From Cyanophora paradoxa CCMP329 (lineage: Eukaryota; Plantae; Glaucophyta): 64,000 nt of DNA. A program made the translations under genes and the position numbers. The stretch is taken from NCBI GenBank assembly GCA_004431415.1, contig QPMI01000395.1:496001-560000 (forward strand), written 5' to 3'. Position 1 is the stretch's first letter. Each line of letters starts with the position of its first letter. This document shows positions 61,196 to 64,000 of the stretch, one piece after another. Below the pieces are notes generated by a model. It was given only the letters and a program-made list of their open reading frames with translations. It did not search any database and had not been told where the DNA came from.

Positions 61196-64000
61196 TCCGT
61201 CCTGAGAACATGAGGGGTGACTCCGCAGTGTGGTCTCGTCGTCGGCCGTAAAGAACATGGAATCGTGGATTCGGAGCGTGGTCAGTTCTGCCCAACGCAG
61301 GAGGAAGCGGGTGTCCCAATTGAGGCCGTACTCCGTGATCCTCTGACGTATCGGGGGAAATGGGACGTTGTACGCCTGCATAATGTCGATGGTTGCCGTG
61401 CTTGGATTCACGTAATCGTTCGGTACGCAGGGTGTAAGATCCGCAAGTAGGTTCTCCTTCGACTTGTTCCAGTACTGGAAAATTCCGAGAATCTTGTCGG
61501 CCCCGAACATGATCGCCCGGACGAGGGAGAGCCGGACTAGGGTGTTCGGCTGGGAGTCGATCAGTCGAAGGCGGTTTGTCATTCCGTATGCCAGGCACTG
61601 AGCCTGCCAATCCTCCGCATCCGTCCATTTGTCCCCGTTGTATTTACGCTTCAACGCCCAATACAATGCGTCGAGAACAGTGGCGTGCCACAACGTGGGG
61701 TTGGAGAGGAGTACCGCCTCCTGATGTTGAATACGGATGGTGTACGGGCCCTCAGGGTAGCCTTCAACCAGTGACAGTTGCAGGTCAGGTCCCGGTTCCA
61801 CGCGGCTGAGCTCGAAGCTGCTCGGGTAGCTACGAGCACCGACGCGCTCATGTACTCTCTCCGGGTAACGGTCCAGATGGAGCCGCAGGGCCTGTCGGAA
61901 TGCTGCTACGTCGCCGAGCTCGCGGGCACGCCCTAAGGCTGTCCTCGCGGAGAGATGGGTCACGAACACGTTGCCGGAGTTTTCGGCACCGGTCCGGAAC
62001 GCCTGAAGACCTCTCCAGAGTGGAGAAAGCGGGTCTTCGGAGTAGTCGAGGCGTCGCTCGTTACATTCAATCACCGCTAGTTTGTACTCGTCGAGTAATA
62101 CACCGTGGAGCTCGAAGGGCTTCCGGGGAACGTCCAAGGTCCCCTGTTCCGGGGGCGTCTGTGTCCGGTCAAGGTACCGGTCGACGGTAGCCAGCCAGCT
62201 GTTGGGGCTATTCGCGAAGTGGCCTCCGAAGGGCAGGTTGAGCACGCGCGTGATGTACTCCACCATTTCGACTCCCATTGTGAAGTAGAAGTCTGGGCTT
62301 GTCGGCCACAGCAGCCTATTTGGCTTTGCCGAGAACGGATCCGAACAGCGAAGCCAAGGGCTGCGCCATGAGTGATGCCGTTCCAACTCCCGAGGCTTCG
62401 AGTGGAAGTAGATGCGTGCTCCAGCCGCTGCAATGTGAATTGCGTTGGCCAGGGCTGTCACCCGCATCTCGAGGGCGATGTCTCGATCGAGCGCTGGAGG
62501 TGTCGCCGTGGGGTAAGGCGCGAATTCGTCGTCGAAGGGCGGCGGCAGGTGCGACTCGAGGGTTAAGCGTTCCAGTGCCGTCATGCGGACCGTCAGCGCG
62601 TCGGCGAGAGTGGGGAAAGGCGCATAGTAGTCCCCGTGCGGTTCGAAGTAAGTAGGGAATTGTGCCCGCATGCTTCGGCCGTACGAGATCATGACGTCGA
62701 AGAGCCAAGGCAATATTCCTTGCCGTGAAGTCGTCAGGGTTATTGCTTGTTGTGCATCAAGGCCCAGCAGCTCGAGGACAGATGCGTGACGCAGCGTCTC
62801 TTCCAAGCTATCCGTAGTGTCGGCTGTGCCCGCAATTCTCATGATCGCATAAGCGACAGCGCGGAGATGGGCGGTATGTTTGAGCAAAATCGCTGATTGC
62901 TCCTCGACATCGACGTACGTGACGAGTCTGTCGAGGACGTGCCGGTTAGCCGGGTTCAGCTCCGTGAGTCCGTCAGGCAGCGTGGAAATGTTTGTGAGGT
63001 AGAGGCCGGTCTTGGACGGGTCCGTACTTGCATTCCATGGCGTGTACTTGCGATAGGTTGCAAACAGGTTGGGATTGTCGACCGCAGCCGCTGCCTCTGC
63101 GTAGCCGGGCATTGTGCTTGGTATGACCCCACAGTCTCCGAGGCGCTGTGAAACTGCAGCAGTGACCTCGCCCAAGTGTGTGGTTCTCACGATTGCGCCG
63201 GTCTCCGGCGGGACTGGAAGTGGCGGTTCAGGTTCCGGAATCGGGACGGGAATGGCGCCGACTTGGATGTAACGCTGGGGATCCTCAGTGACAGTAGGGT
63301 AAGTCCGGGAAATGTGAATTGGTCCCGAGCCATCTTCCTCTGCCGTTGGCTCCTCCTCGTTCCAGGATCGCCAGTATTCACGTGCATATATCCACGCGCG
63401 CGAGTGTGGGCGAGCCCACAGTCGGGGACGGCAATCCCCTGGGCATTCAATCCAGTCGGGTCCTGGAGGGCTTTCGGACTCAACGATGAAGTCATCCGGC
63501 CTTGCCGTAGGGCTGTGATCGGCGGGGTTTGTCATGCTGGGCGTGTCCGTGGGCTCAACGTTCGACCTGTCTACCTCGCCGGCCGTGGCCGGGGCGGTAG
63601 TTGCGGGGTCGTGGTCGATTCGTTGTCAGTTGGCAGTGTCAAAGTCTGCTCCCTGACAGTTATGGTCATGTCCGGAGTCGCTTGCTCTGAAGCTATAACG
63701 CCGGGTTGAGCCACGCCAGCCGTGGCCGGGGCGGCTTCCAGGGGCGTCGTAAGGGTCGGAGATGCAGGGCTCGGGTTGATTGTTACGTTGGTAGCATTCG
63801 TCTCAGTTTGCGGCGCGCCGGCCGTGGCCGGGGCGACGGTAATGAGACTGGAGGGATTCGTAGTGCCATAACCAAGGGCCACGCTGTCGCTGGGGCTGAG
63901 GACACCACTCCCGGGATCGTCCAGGCTTGGGGGTCGGCCGAGGTCGCCCTGAACGGGGGTGAAGGTGTCCGTTCCGGGGTCTCAGATGACGACGTCGGTG
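61160..64000 (-). CDS. Unrecognised ~790-aa segment plus Thr/Pro-rich N-terminal region of retroelement polyprotein; continues off window
   Basis: ORFs 61160..63535 and 63571..63882 join on restoring one C at 63605-08; three APATAG repeats span the join. Confidence 0.7.

Larger units (their letters stand above)
51013..64000 (-). mobile_element. Large Ty3/gypsy LTR retrotransposon (13 kb or more; 5' part outside window)
   Basis: Intronless; domain order PR (ALVDTGA) - RT (FCVDYRKLN, AYVDDL) - RNase H (IHTDWS, EGECIA, TDH) - integrase (H-x4-H..C-x2-C, D..SDNG..GGAER, WTGPY), diagnostic of Ty3/gypsy. Confidence 0.95.

Noticed and set aside
58717-63535. Calling the unknown retroelement ORFs env
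   Set aside because: Upstream of pol, no clear signal peptide, cleavage site or C-terminal anchor; only one weak hydrophobic stretch.

Overview
GC-rich eukaryotic (protist/algal-type) nuclear DNA with many short spliceosomal introns; most short ORFs in the track are exon fragments or GC-rich artefacts. Left to right: (1) a DUF4062-NACHT STAND gene on the minus strand, running off the left edge; (2) transposon debris, including a poly(A)-tailed fragment with a UUCG stem-loop; (3) a multi-exon hypothetical gene with a Cys-rich N-terminus; (4) a patchwork of duplicated gene ends around a small two-repeat Cys protein; (5) an NLR-like TIR-NACHT-pentapeptide-WD40 gene in which each of 13 WD repeats is its own phase-0 exon, disrupted by a 557-bp CACTA element and an in-frame stop; (6) an FBXO21-like gene head-to-head with a PPR gene, the pair partly tandem-duplicated (3.64 kb); (7) an RNF212/Zip3-like RING gene; (8) two hypothetical genes carrying minisatellites; (9) from about 51 kb to the right edge, a very large Ty3/gypsy LTR retrotransposon. 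Its ORFs join into one polyprotein of more than 4,100 aa if single-base homopolymer deletions are restored, with about 2,000 aa of unrecognised sequence ahead of the Gag-like/protease region. GC-AG introns, homopolymer indels (probably long-read errors) and templated-insertion junctions recur. All domain calls are by eye from motifs; no database search was run and exon boundaries are approximate.
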